Positions 40,226 to 49,682 of a stretch of 64,000 nt of DNA are shown piece by piece. The stretch spans positions 576,001 through 640,000 of the forward strand of contig OZ250173.1 in the NCBI GenBank assembly GCA_965238075.1. Reading direction: 5' to 3'. The DNA is from Candidatus Entotheonellaceae bacterium (GTDB lineage: Bacteria > Tectomicrobia > Entotheonellia > Entotheonellales > Entotheonellaceae). The number at the start of each line of letters is the position of its first letter. The first letter of the stretch is position 1. A program made the position numbers and the translations under genes. A model generated the notes under the pieces. The model had not been told where the DNA came from, searched no databases, and saw only the letters and a list, made by a program, of their open reading frames with translations.

Positions 40226-41116
40226 ATGGCCAGTTCCGAACTTACCGACATCATCACCATGCTGCGATCCAGGCCCGTGGTGGAAAATCCACCAGTGGCC
40301 GACATGCGAAAGGGCTTCGACGTTCTGGCGTCCAAATTCCCCCTCACACCGGAATTCACCTTCACGCGCATCGACGCGGGCGGCGTGCCGGCCGCCTGGG
40401 TTGAAGCCCCCGGCGCCGACTCTGGGCGCACCATGCTGTACCTGCATGGCGGCGGTTACGTCATCGGCTCCATCGACACGCACCGCGAGCTGGCCGGGCG
40501 GCTGTCGCAGGCCGCCGCGGCGCGCGTGCTCATCATCGACTACCGACTGGCACCCGAGCACCCGTACCCCGCTGCGGTCGAGGACGCGGCTGCAGCCTAT
40601 CGCTGGCTGCTGGCCAACGGCGCTGACCCGGCCCGTACGGTCATCGCCGGCGATTCGGCGGGCGGCGGCTTGACGGTGGCCACCCTGCTTGCCCTGCGCA
40701 AATCGGGCGATCCGCTGCCAGCCGCCGGCGTGTGCTTGTCCCCATGGGTGGACATGGAAGGCATCGGCGAATCCATGACCAGCAAGGCCGCCGTCGATCC
40801 CATGGTGCGGCACGAGGGACTGGTGCGCATGGCGAGCCTCTACCTGAACGGCGCCGACCCACGTACGCCGCTGGCGGCGCCCCTGTATGCCGACCTGAGC
40901 GGTCTACCGCCGTTGCTGATCCACGTCGGTAGCGCCGAAACACTGCTGGACGATGCCACTCGCCTCGCCGAGCGCGCCAGGGCCGCCGGCGTGGACGTCA
41001 CCCTGGAGTCATGGGACGACATGATTCACGTCTGGCACCTCTTCGCGCCGCTGCTTCCCGAAGGGCGGCAGGCCGTCGAACGGGTGGGCGAGTACGTGCG
41101 TGAGCGGGCGGCGTAG
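40226..41116 (+). CDS. HSL-family esterase (alpha/beta hydrolase)
   Basis: HGGG, YRLAPEHP, GDSAGG and MIHVW. Confidence 0.93.
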   Translation: MASSELTDIITMLRSRPVVENPPVADMRKGFDVLASKFPLTPEFTFTRIDAGGVPAAWVEAPGADSGRTMLYLHGGGYVIGSIDTHRELAGRLSQAAAARVLIIDYRLAPEHPYPAAVEDAAAAYRWLLANGADPARTVIAGDSAGGGLTVATLLALRKSGDPLPAAGVCLSPWVDMEGIGESMTSKAAVDPMVRHEGLVRMASLYLNGADPRTPLAAPLYADLSGLPPLLIHVGSAETLLDDATRLAERARAAGVDVTLESWDDMIHVWHLFAPLLPEGRQAVERVGEYVRERAA

Positions 41117-41129
41117 GCGTAGACCGTTG

Positions 41130-41159
41130 TTGACAGGCTTACGGACGTTCAACTAGCAT
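41130..41159 (+). promoter_or_regulatory. Sigma70-like promoter of selC
   Basis: TTGACA-18 nt-TAGCAT. Confidence 0.55.
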
Positions 41160-41193
41160 GGGCGCCCAATCAGAACCTGCCGAAACATGGCGT

Positions 41194-41290
41194 GGAAGCG
41201 TATCGGTGCTGGTGTGCCGCCTGGACTTCAAATCCAGTGACCGGGGCTAATAACTTCGGAGGTGGGTTCGACTCCCACACGCTTCCGCCA
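41194..41290 (+). tRNA. selC: tRNA-Sec (UCA)
   Basis: 8-bp acceptor stem GGAAGCGT/ACGCTTCC, 6-bp D stem with TGGT loop, CTGGA-CTTCAAA-TCCAG anticodon arm, long variable arm, 5-bp T stem, GCCA end. Confidence 0.95.
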
Positions 41291-41452
41291 TTCCCCCCAT
41301 ATCGCCGGCTTCGCATGCGGTGTATCGACTCACCTCGACGGGCTGGGAATCCGCATGACCACCGGCGGGCTTGGCCGGGACACCCTGGAACTCGGCGTGG
41401 ATGCCCGCCCCGGATCACGTTCACGAACGATGAGACCGCCGCGGAGAAACGT

Positions 41453-42244
41453 ATGGATTATGGCATCGAGGGGCGAGTCGCGCTGGTGGCGGCTTCGAGC
41501 AAGGGGCTGGGCAAGGCGTGCGCCATGGGCTTGGCGCGCGAAGGGGCCAACGTCGCGCTTTGCGCCCGCAACGACGACGAACTGCAAAACGCCGCCCAGG
41601 AGATTAAATCGGCCACGGGCGCCGAGGTGTGGGCGCAGACGGCCGACATGAGCCGGCCGGACGACATCGAGAGCCTGATCGGAGCGGCGCGGGAACATTT
41701 CGGTCGCATCGACATCCTGGTCACCAACGCCGGGGGGCCACCGCCGGGACAGTTCATGGACTTCACCGATGACGACTGGCTGGCGGCGCTGAACCTGAAC
41801 TTGATCAGCACCATCCGCCTGATTCGCGGCGTCATGCCGCAGATGCAGGCACAGCAGTGGGGCCGCATCGTCAACATCACCTCGGTGACGGTCAAACAGC
41901 CCTTCGAGGCGTTGCTGCTCTCCAACGTGGCGCGCGCCGGGGTGGTCACCCTGTCCAAGACGCTCTCCAATCAACTGGCCAAGGACAACGTGCTGATCAA
42001 CACGGTATGTCCGGGGATCATCCTGACCGACCGCGTGCGGCAAGTGACGCACAACATGGCCGAGACGCAGGGGATCAGCGAGGACGAGGCGCTGCAGGCC
42101 TACGTCTCGCCCATTCCCATGGGGCGCGCCGGACAACCCGCCGAGTTTGCCGACCTGGTGGTTTTTCTGAGCTCGGAGCGCTGCAGCTACATCACGGGCA
42201 CCGTCACCCAGATCGATGGGGGATTTGTGAAGGGGTATTACTAA
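41453..42244 (+). CDS. SDR-family oxidoreductase
   Basis: AASSKGLG, LVTNAGGP and IDGG; ATG after GGAG. Confidence 0.9.
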   Translation: MDYGIEGRVALVAASSKGLGKACAMGLAREGANVALCARNDDELQNAAQEIKSATGAEVWAQTADMSRPDDIESLIGAAREHFGRIDILVTNAGGPPPGQFMDFTDDDWLAALNLNLISTIRLIRGVMPQMQAQQWGRIVNITSVTVKQPFEALLLSNVARAGVVTLSKTLSNQLAKDNVLINTVCPGIILTDRVRQVTHNMAETQGISEDEALQAYVSPIPMGRAGQPAEFADLVVFLSSERCSYITGTVTQIDGGFVKGYY

Positions 42245-43214
42245 TGCCCTGCATGGCCTGTAGCAGCAGGGCGTAGAGCAGCGGCAGCATGATCTCGTGG
42301 TGACCGGTCAGCGTGTAGCCGCGCCCGCCGTCCTGGGTCGGGCGGCGCACGACGTTGGCGTCGGTGCGGTAATGCTGCAGCATGTCCAGGTTGACGGTCA
42401 TGAAGCGCTCGACCGCGTGGCCGGTATTGCGGCACAGGGTCAGCGCTTTGAGGAACACCTCGGGCAGGAGCACGGCGGAGCCGACGTTCCAATAGCAGCC
42501 GCCGTCGTGGAGGCCGCGCAGGAGCACGGTTAGGCGCTGGAAATCCGTATAGGTCGCGGCGCCAAGCAGGGCGGCGTCGGTACTGGGATGCATGTGGATG
42601 GTGTCGGCGCCGATGGCGACGTGCACCGTGACCGGCACTTGGCATGCATGCGCGGCGGCAAGGAGGCTGTGTGCCTTGTGCGGATAATCCCCTTCGGCGA
42701 TGGCTTGCCCCACCGCGGCGCCGATGCCAAGGCGGCCCGCGTCATGGGTTTTCAGGGCCTCGTTGATCAGGCGCGGTGTCTCCTCCACCATGCCGAAGGT
42801 ACCGGAACCGAGCCCCTGCGCCACGTCTTCGGACGTCGCGCCGACAAGCGCGACCTCGAGGTCGTGAATGATCGCGGCGCCGTTCAGGACAAGGCCGCTC
42901 AGCCAGCCACGGTGCATCATGTCGATGAGAACCGGGTTGAGCCCGCACTTGATGACGTGGGCGCCCATGGCCAGGATGATGGCCCGTCCGCGCTGGTGCG
43001 CGGCCACGAAACCATCGACAATCTCGACGATATCCAGGCCCTTCAGCAGACGCGGAAACAGGGCGCGCAGATCGCCATTGGATTGCCAAGCCTGCGGATC
43101 GACGAAATCGGCCACGTGCACCTTGTGCTGCCGGTCTCGCACCGAAACCGTGCGTACCCGTTGCAAGGCTTGCAGGTCTTCCGGCGTCACTGGACGAACA
43201 GGCGGACGGGGCAT
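42204..43214 (-). CDS. Deoxyhypusine-synthase-like fold hypothetical protein
   Basis: MGAHVIKCG, IHD.E, TSEDV, G.FGM, GSAV.LPEVFLK and GHHEIM.P. Confidence 0.7.
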   Translation of the reverse strand: MPRPPVRPVTPEDLQALQRVRTVSVRDRQHKVHVADFVDPQAWQSNGDLRALFPRLLKGLDIVEIVDGFVAAHQRGRAIILAMGAHVIKCGLNPVLIDMMHRGWLSGLVLNGAAIIHDLEVALVGATSEDVAQGLGSGTFGMVEETPRLINEALKTHDAGRLGIGAAVGQAIAEGDYPHKAHSLLAAAHACQVPVTVHVAIGADTIHMHPSTDAALLGAATYTDFQRLTVLLRGLHDGGCYWNVGSAVLLPEVFLKALTLCRNTGHAVERFMTVNLDMLQHYRTDANVVRRPTQDGGRGYTLTGHHEIMLPLLYALLLQAMQGISNTPSQIPHRSG

Positions 43215-43299
43215 CTTAGAATTGCTCCCTCACACAGGACCATATGGGGATACGGTTGCCGGGCATTATAGCAACACGGCTGCACGGTGCGTTCAGTTC

Positions 43300-43331
43300 T
43301 GTAGGTCGGATTAGCGAAGCGTAATCCGACA
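43300..43331 (+). repeat. GTAG-type REP
   Basis: TGTAGGTCGGATTAGCGAAGCGTAATCCGACA hairpin. Confidence 0.75.
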
Positions 43332-43368
43332 TTCCACTGCGTCCACCTCCTCGATAAGGCAGCGTTTT

Positions 43369-43785
43369 GTGAATCATCCCTCACAAGCAAGTGACAAGAA
43401 GCTGAAACTCTCGGCCCTCCAGCAAGCCATCCTGCACTGGCTGCGGCGGGAGCAGCGCCGACGGCCACAGCTTGCGGACGGCACCGGCATCCCCTACCCC
43501 GACTTGGCGCGCGCCCTCAGTGTTGACCGCGTCGAGTTGTCCGCCTGCCTCCGCCGCCTCATCCGCAAGCGGCTCGTCGTGGCCACCCTGCCGCGCGGTT
43601 CCTGGGTGCGCTACATCGCCCTGACTGACAAGGGAGAAGCCAAACCCCGGCAGGATACACCCACGGAGCCCAAGAAACAGCGCGACCCATCGGACCGGCG
43701 GGACCGCGAACCGCGCCGCTCGCGCCGCAAGGCCAAGACGCGTCGCCGCGATCACCGGACGCCCTTGACTGAAATGGACATGTGA
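43369..43785 (+). CDS. Winged-HTH (MarR-like) protein with a basic C-terminal tail
   Basis: LS.LQQAIL..L, LARALSV, LRRL..KRLV, ..LTDKG; Arg/Lys-rich tail. Confidence 0.6.
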   Translation: MNHPSQASDKKLKLSALQQAILHWLRREQRRRPQLADGTGIPYPDLARALSVDRVELSACLRRLIRKRLVVATLPRGSWVRYIALTDKGEAKPRQDTPTEPKKQRDPSDRRDREPRRSRRKAKTRRRDHRTPLTEMDM

Positions 43786-43786
43786 G

Positions 43787-44554
43787 ATGGAAGCTACCGG
43801 CAGCCGCAGGCTGACCCTGTTACATACGGCGGACGTACACCTCGACAACTGGCCCCGAGGCACGACGGAGCCGCCCGGCGCTCATCGTGCCTTCGAGGCT
43901 ATCATTAACCGCGCCCTCGATACGCAGGTGGACATCGTCCTCATCGCCGGCGACCTCTTCGATCACAACCGTGTTGTCGACGAGGTCATCGCCTTCGCGC
44001 AGAGCCAATTGCGGCGCCTGCACTGCCCCGTCGTCATTCTGCCCGGCAACCACGACTGCCTGCACCCCAACGGCATTTACCACCGCCACGACTTCGGTGC
44101 TGCGTGCGGCAACGTGCGGGTCATCACCGAGCTGGACGGCCAAACGATCACATTTCCCGAACTCAATCTGGTTATCTGGGGGCGGGGCATGGAAGCGCAC
44201 GAGCCCGGCTTCCATCCGCTGGCCGACATCCCCGCGCGGCACGCCGAGCCGGCCCGTTGGCACGTGGCCATGGCGCACGGCTTTTTCTACGAAGACTTCG
44301 AGCAACCCGAACGTTCGTCGCCGATTCTTGCTGCCGAGATTCGCCAGACCGGCTGGGATTACGTTGCCATGGGCCACAAACACGTCACGGCCGACCACAG
44401 CCAGGAAGGCGTTGCGGCCTGGTACCCCGGCACACCCCTACCGGAGTGGAGCGCCGCCCCGCCGGGACACGTCCTGCTGGTTGAGTGCTATCCCGAGCGG
44501 GGCATCATCGTGCAGCCGCAACAGGTCGCAGGAGCGTGCAAGGACCGCACATAA
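43787..44554 (+). CDS. SbcD/Mre11-like metallophosphoesterase
   Basis: HTADVH, AGDLFD, PGNHD, AHG and MGHKH. Confidence 0.85.
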   Translation: MEATGSRRLTLLHTADVHLDNWPRGTTEPPGAHRAFEAIINRALDTQVDIVLIAGDLFDHNRVVDEVIAFAQSQLRRLHCPVVILPGNHDCLHPNGIYHRHDFGAACGNVRVITELDGQTITFPELNLVIWGRGMEAHEPGFHPLADIPARHAEPARWHVAMAHGFFYEDFEQPERSSPILAAEIRQTGWDYVAMGHKHVTADHSQEGVAAWYPGTPLPEWSAAPPGHVLLVECYPERGIIVQPQQVAGACKDRT

Positions 44555-44936
44555 ACAGCAAGCTGCGCAAAGCGTTCATCCCCGCCATCGCCTTGGCAAC
44601 CGCAGGCTGCGAGAAGCATCCGGCACAATCGGCATTCGAACCCGACCCGATTGTCCACCCGGCCTCCGGGCGCATCGTCTTCAACCGTATATGCGCAGAC
44701 GAAAATCCTGCAGCGTCCAGGCATACGCCCGGATGGCGTCAGAAGACGACCAGGGGCGCCGGACAGCGCGTCGTGGAAGGACCGAAGGCGCGGCGCGATG
44801 TCATGGCCAGTCGATCTTGGTTCTCTGCGCCCATCTCAGGACCGCATGACGGGTCAACTCAGTGCCGTTGTCGGAGACGATCAGGGCAGGTCTGGCGCGC
44901 TTAAGGCATGCCGGCAAGAGGCTGATTCAAATGCCC

Positions 44937-45374
44937 TCACCATCCCAAAATGAACGAGTTGCGGAGCAAGGCAACGGTTTCGCCGTCCTGATTGGTCACC
45001 GTGGTTTCCCGCACCACGAAGCGCATCGTGCCGGTTCGCCCTGTCTTTTCGTAGAGGTCAGCGAGGCGGGTGGTGTAGGTCAGCGTATCGCCGGGATAGA
45101 CGGGGCCGTAGAAGGTGCAGTCGTAACCGGCGTTGATGCCGATGCCCTGGATTGCCATTTCGCGCGGGGCGATGGGTCCGGCACCATGCCAGGTGACGAA
45201 CGTGGGCAACGCGATGATGTCGCGGTAGCCCTGGCCGCGGGCCGCTGCCGCGTCCACGTGCGCCGGGTCGCTGCTTCCGAGAATGCCGACGTAGTCGAGG
45301 AGTTTCTGGCGCGTAACGTGTTGCTCGGTGCGGCTGAAGACTTTTCCCACCAGGCCGCGGTCCCAATTGGCCAT
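44937..45374 (-). CDS. MaoC/FAS1-like hot-dog-fold dehydratase subunit
   Basis: DPAHVD..AA...GY..I.A.PTF and F..PV.PGD.L...L.DLYEK.GR.G. Confidence 0.85.
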   Translation of the reverse strand: MANWDRGLVGKVFSRTEQHVTRQKLLDYVGILGSSDPAHVDAAAARGQGYRDIIALPTFVTWHGAGPIAPREMAIQGIGINAGYDCTFYGPVYPGDTLTYTTRLADLYEKTGRTGTMRFVVRETTVTNQDGETVALLRNSFILGW

Positions 45375-45393
45375 CGTCTCTCTCTTCCCGCTT

Positions 45394-46170
45394 TCACCCG
45401 TTCGGTTGACGCTGTCTGGACGCGCGACGCAGCAACACATAGACGGCGCCGGCGCCGCCGTCAGTTGCCGGCGCGGTGGCAAACGCCAGCACCAGACGGC
45501 TCAGGCGCCCGTGGGACAGCCAGAGTTGCACCTGTTCCTTGAGGACGGGGCGATTGTCTCTGGAGTTGCGCCCGCGGCCATGGATGACGCGCACGCAGCG
45601 CTGCCCGGCGGTGTGTGCCTGCGTCACGAACCGCTGTATGACAATCTTCGCCTCTTCGGCCGTGTGGCCGTGCAAGTCGCACTGCGCCTGCACGGCGAAA
45701 TCGCCGCGATGCAGGCGCTGAGCCAGGCGTTGATCGACACCCGGCGCCACGCCCTCCATGTATTCATCCGTGCACTGAATGGAAAAAGCGCCGCGCCCTT
45801 CAACGAAGTCACGTAACTCGTCCAGGGCGTCCGGGTTTTGGTAGGCGCTGACCCTGCGTTGCGGACGCGGCTTGCCCACCTGCCCGCGCGGATCCTTGGG
45901 CAGGGGCGTTACGCCGGCCATCTCGGACAGGAACAACGCCCGCTCCCGACGTGCCCGTTCGTCAGCAGAGACAGTAGCCTGCCTGGACGTGGGGTCGGGC
46001 GTTTGGCGATGCGGAGCAGGGACAGACTTTGGCGTGGATGCTGTAGAGACAGGCCGCGTTGCAACCTCGCGTAGTTTTTCCCTCACCTCACTGAAGGGTC
46101 TGTGGAAATCTTCTTCTTGCGGTGCGGTGGCAAGGATAGGAGGGCGGGTTTTTCGTCGCTTGCGTCCCAT
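45394..46170 (-). CDS. Smr/MutS2-domain endonuclease
   Basis: DLHG...EEA, VIHGRG.NS and DGG.GA.YVLL. Confidence 0.9.
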   Translation of the reverse strand: MGRKRRKTRPPILATAPQEEDFHRPFSEVREKLREVATRPVSTASTPKSVPAPHRQTPDPTSRQATVSADERARRERALFLSEMAGVTPLPKDPRGQVGKPRPQRRVSAYQNPDALDELRDFVEGRGAFSIQCTDEYMEGVAPGVDQRLAQRLHRGDFAVQAQCDLHGHTAEEAKIVIQRFVTQAHTAGQRCVRVIHGRGRNSRDNRPVLKEQVQLWLSHGRLSRLVLAFATAPATDGGAGAVYVLLRRASRQRQPNG

Positions 46171-46175
46171 GGCCT

Positions 46176-47459
46176 TCACGTCCTGTAGGCACGGTCCAGC
46201 ATCTCGATCGGGTGGAGGATTTCGGCGGCCAGTCCATGCCGCGCAGCCCCTTGGCGCAATTGCAGGAGGCAGCCCGGATTGCCGCTGACGACAACATCGG
46301 GCCGCACCGATGCAAGGTGAGCCATTTTGCGGTCGAGAAGGGCCCCGGCCATTTCCGGATGAAACAGATTGAAGGTGCCGGCGCTGCCGCAACACCAGTC
46401 GCTTTCGGGAACCTCCAAGAGTTCCAGCCCCGGCACCTGCCGCAGCAATTCCCTCGGTTGTTGGCGGATCCGCTGCCCATGCGACAGGTGACACGGGTCA
46501 TCGTACGCCACCCTTAACGGCACGGATTGCAAAGGTTTCCGCAGTGGAACAGCAGCCAACAGCTCGCTGACATCGCGCACGCGGGCGTCAAAAGTCTCCG
46601 CACGCGCCGCAAAATCGGGGTCGTCGGCTAGCAGGTGGCCGTAGTCCTTCATTAACGCCCCGCAGCCCGCGGCGTTGACCACGAACCAATCCGCCCCGCT
46701 CGCTTCAAACGCGCCAATGTGGTGCCGCGCCAGCCGCCGTGCGCTTTCCATGTCATTGGCATGTACCTGCAACGCCCCGCAGCAGGGTTGCGCCGGGGTA
46801 GCCAGGACACGGTAGCCATTCCGCGCCAGCACCCGCACGGTGGCGCGATTTACCTGCGGCAAAACCTGCGGCGTCACGCAACCCGTGAGCAGAAGCACCC
46901 GACCACGTTCCTCGCCGTGCGCAGGCGTTTCCACCGGCAGGGATTGGCGCGCCCTTGCCGGCGGAACGGCGGGCAGGAGGGCTTCCATGACGGCGAGCCT
47001 CGGCGCCAGCCGGGGCAGAAAGCCGCTCCAGCGCACGAACGCCTGCATGCCACTGATCTGGTACACGCGCAGGAGGGTCGCCAACTGATGCAGGCGGTGC
47101 GGGGCCGGCAGGATGTGTTCCATGAACAGCCGGTACAGCCAACCGCCGAGACGCGATACAGGCTGACCAACAGCCGCGGCAGCGCGTCCAACCTCCAGCA
47201 GCCGGCCGAATTCCACCCCGGCCGGGCAGGCCGTTTCGCAGGCGCGGCAGCCGAGGCAGAGATCGAGGGACGTGAAGATGTCCTGGGCTTCAAGATCGCC
47301 GTCGGCCACCGCGACCATCATGGCGATGCGGCCGCGGGGCGACGCCGCTTCACTGCCGGTGAGTTTGTAGGTGGGGCAGACGGGCAAGCAGAAGCCGCAC
47401 TTGATGCAACTCGTCTCAGCCTGCTGCAGCGTGTTCCGTAAGGCCGACGACTGCGTCAT
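46176..47459 (-). CDS. glcF: GlcF-like Fe-S oxidoreductase subunit (2x 4Fe-4S + CCG domains)
   Basis: CIKCGFCLPVCP, CLGCRACETACP, CCGAL and CCGSAG. Confidence 0.85.
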   Translation of the reverse strand: MTQSSALRNTLQQAETSCIKCGFCLPVCPTYKLTGSEAASPRGRIAMMVAVADGDLEAQDIFTSLDLCLGCRACETACPAGVEFGRLLEVGRAAAAVGQPVSRLGGWLYRLFMEHILPAPHRLHQLATLLRVYQISGMQAFVRWSGFLPRLAPRLAVMEALLPAVPPARARQSLPVETPAHGEERGRVLLLTGCVTPQVLPQVNRATVRVLARNGYRVLATPAQPCCGALQVHANDMESARRLARHHIGAFEASGADWFVVNAAGCGALMKDYGHLLADDPDFAARAETFDARVRDVSELLAAVPLRKPLQSVPLRVAYDDPCHLSHGQRIRQQPRELLRQVPGLELLEVPESDWCCGSAGTFNLFHPEMAGALLDRKMAHLASVRPDVVVSGNPGCLLQLRQGAARHGLAAEILHPIEMLDRAYRT

Positions 47460-47462
47460 GAC

Positions 47463-48482
47463 TTACAGGTTCGCCTGTGGGACAGCGTAGTTCCTGTCCT
47501 TCTTGTAGAGCTGCAGGCGACCGCGCTGGCAATCCGCCACGATGATCAAATCCCGCTCCACGTCGAACGCCACGGCGGCGGGGTAGTAGAAGCGCCATTC
47601 GGGCTCGAGGCTCTTCACCCGGCGGCGCATCTTGGCCATGTCGGGGTTGGCGTCGATCGACTGCTGGCCCCACTTGGACAGCCATTGCGCGTCGCCGATC
47701 AGAGACGTAATCAGATCCCCATCAGGCCGATAGATGCGCAGCTGGTGGTTCCCCCAATCGGCCACGTAGACATCGTCGTCCGCATCCACGGCGACGCTGG
47801 TCGGGTGGTTGAGGTCACGCGGGCCGTCGCCGGGCTGGCCGAATTGCATCATGACCTGGCCGTTGCCGTCGCGCTTTTGCACCCGACCGTTTTTCCAGTC
47901 GGCCACATAAACGCCGCCGTGCGTGTCGATGTGGATGCCCCATGGGGTGTCCAACTGATCGGGGCCGCTGCCATGCGAGCCCCAGCCCGACACGTACTTG
48001 CCATCCGGGGTAAACACCTGCACGCGATGGTTGCGGCTGTCGACCACGTAGAGTTGGTCATCAGCATCAAAGGCCAAGCCGGCGGGGCCGTCGAGCTCGC
48101 CGGGACCGGCTCCCGCCGTGCCCCACTGTTCGATGAAATTACCGTCGGCGTCAAACACGGCGATGCGGTTCAGCCAGTCGTCTGACACAAAAACCCGCCC
48201 CTGCTTGTCCAGGGCCACGGAATTGGGCCACAACGCCTGCCCAGGGTTGGAACCATAGCGGCAGAACTCGGCGAGCACTTTCTCCTCACCCGGCTCGCCG
48301 ACGAACACCTTGGTAAGCCGCGAGCCATAGTTCGTCTCGTTACCGCGACTGACGACGTACATCACCCCCTGCGACGCCGGCGCGATGGCGCAGGGGTAAG
48401 AGAACCCATCGCCGGCCGCGGCGTTACGGCCGACGGAGTGACTGAAATCATAGACCCGCCCAGCGATTACGGTAGTCAGCAT
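47463..48482 (-). CDS. NHL-repeat beta-propeller protein
   Basis: Repeated P.G.A.D....YV.D..N.RVQ.F units; no signal peptide. Confidence 0.9.
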   Translation of the reverse strand: MLTTVIAGRVYDFSHSVGRNAAAGDGFSYPCAIAPASQGVMYVVSRGNETNYGSRLTKVFVGEPGEEKVLAEFCRYGSNPGQALWPNSVALDKQGRVFVSDDWLNRIAVFDADGNFIEQWGTAGAGPGELDGPAGLAFDADDQLYVVDSRNHRVQVFTPDGKYVSGWGSHGSGPDQLDTPWGIHIDTHGGVYVADWKNGRVQKRDGNGQVMMQFGQPGDGPRDLNHPTSVAVDADDDVYVADWGNHQLRIYRPDGDLITSLIGDAQWLSKWGQQSIDANPDMAKMRRRVKSLEPEWRFYYPAAVAFDVERDLIIVADCQRGRLQLYKKDRNYAVPQANL

Positions 48483-48494
48483 GGATGCTTCCTT

Positions 48495-49628
48495 CTACGC
48501 CTTGGCGATGAACGCCGGACTCTCAAAGGTGCCACCGACAATCGACGGGGCATCCAGTTCCAACCAGTCTTCCAGTAGCGTGGTGTACACCCCACGGAAA
48601 TCCTGGTTCGGCATCAGGTCGCCTTGCGTCAGGTCCTCGGCCTTCAGCGACGGGTATTCGCTATACATGCCGCCCTTGACGGACCCGCCAATGGCGAACG
48701 CCACGCCGCCGGCACCGTGGTCGGTACCGGAGCCGTTGTCGTGCACCCGGCGCCCGAACTCGGTGAAAATCAGCATCGCGACATTGTCAGCGGCATCGTG
48801 CTCGCGCAGGTCGGTGAAGAAAGCACTAACGCCTTCCGAAACCTCGCGCCACAGTTTGGCATGCTCGCCGCCCTGACTGGCGTGCGTGTCAAAGCTGCCG
48901 TGGTCCAGATAGAAAATGCGGGTGCCCACCTCGGCGGTGTGCACCTGCGCCACGCCGCGCAGCTTGCGGGCCACCTTGGAGTCGGGGTACGTGACGCTCG
49001 ATTGGTAGCGCTGCGGCGCCGCCTTGAGAACGTCCGCACCGGCCATGGAATCGAGGCCTGTCTGGCCCATGTAATCCATCACCGCGCCCAGACCGATGGC
49101 CGGGGCGTAGGCGTTCTTGAAGCGCTCGAGCACCTTCAGGCGCTGCTGTCCCTCGATTCCCGGCAGCATGCCGTAGGTCTCCAAGTCGCCGCTGACGCAG
49201 GCCACGGGGACACCGGGCAGCGCCATGGCGCGGTACATGCTCGGGCCGAAACTGACACCAGTCACCACATTTTCCTTGTTGGGGTCGATGTCCCGCAGGG
49301 CGCGGCCCAGCCAGCCCTCCGTGCCGATGGTATCCGGCTCGCAGGTGTGCCAGATGTCCATGGAGCGAAAGTGCGAACGCGGCGAATTGGCGTAGCCGAC
49401 GCCGTGGATGACGGCCATGTCACCGGCGTCGTAAATTGACTTCAGGGCTTCCATGCTCGGGTTGAAACCCAGGGCCTGATCAATCGGGATGATCTGATCC
49501 TCGGGAATACTCACCGCCGGGCGGTTGTCCCAGTACAGCGAATTGGCGTACGGGATGATCGTGTTCAGATAGTCATTCCCGCCGCTCAACTGCAACACGA
49601 CCAGAATGGGTTCTTTTTTCTCTGCCAT
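48495..49628 (-). CDS. DUF1501 protein
   Basis: LVVLQLSGGND.LNT, RSHF, FDTH, EFGRR and GTDHG. Confidence 0.9.
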   Translation of the reverse strand: MAEKKEPILVVLQLSGGNDYLNTIIPYANSLYWDNRPAVSIPEDQIIPIDQALGFNPSMEALKSIYDAGDMAVIHGVGYANSPRSHFRSMDIWHTCEPDTIGTEGWLGRALRDIDPNKENVVTGVSFGPSMYRAMALPGVPVACVSGDLETYGMLPGIEGQQRLKVLERFKNAYAPAIGLGAVMDYMGQTGLDSMAGADVLKAAPQRYQSSVTYPDSKVARKLRGVAQVHTAEVGTRIFYLDHGSFDTHASQGGEHAKLWREVSEGVSAFFTDLREHDAADNVAMLIFTEFGRRVHDNGSGTDHGAGGVAFAIGGSVKGGMYSEYPSLKAEDLTQGDLMPNQDFRGVYTTLLEDWLELDAPSIVGGTFESPAFIAKA

Positions 49629-49682
49629 AACTGAATCTCTCCCCTGTTACGGTTCAGGCGTGACACACGCCTTAGTGGCTGG

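Noticed and set aside
41192-41452. N-terminal extension of the SDR ORF
   Set aside because: It overlaps tRNA-Sec; the real start is the ATG at 41453 with an RBS.
41194-41452. Genomic island integrated at selC
   Set aside because: No integrase nearby and no duplicated tRNA 3' end seen in the window.
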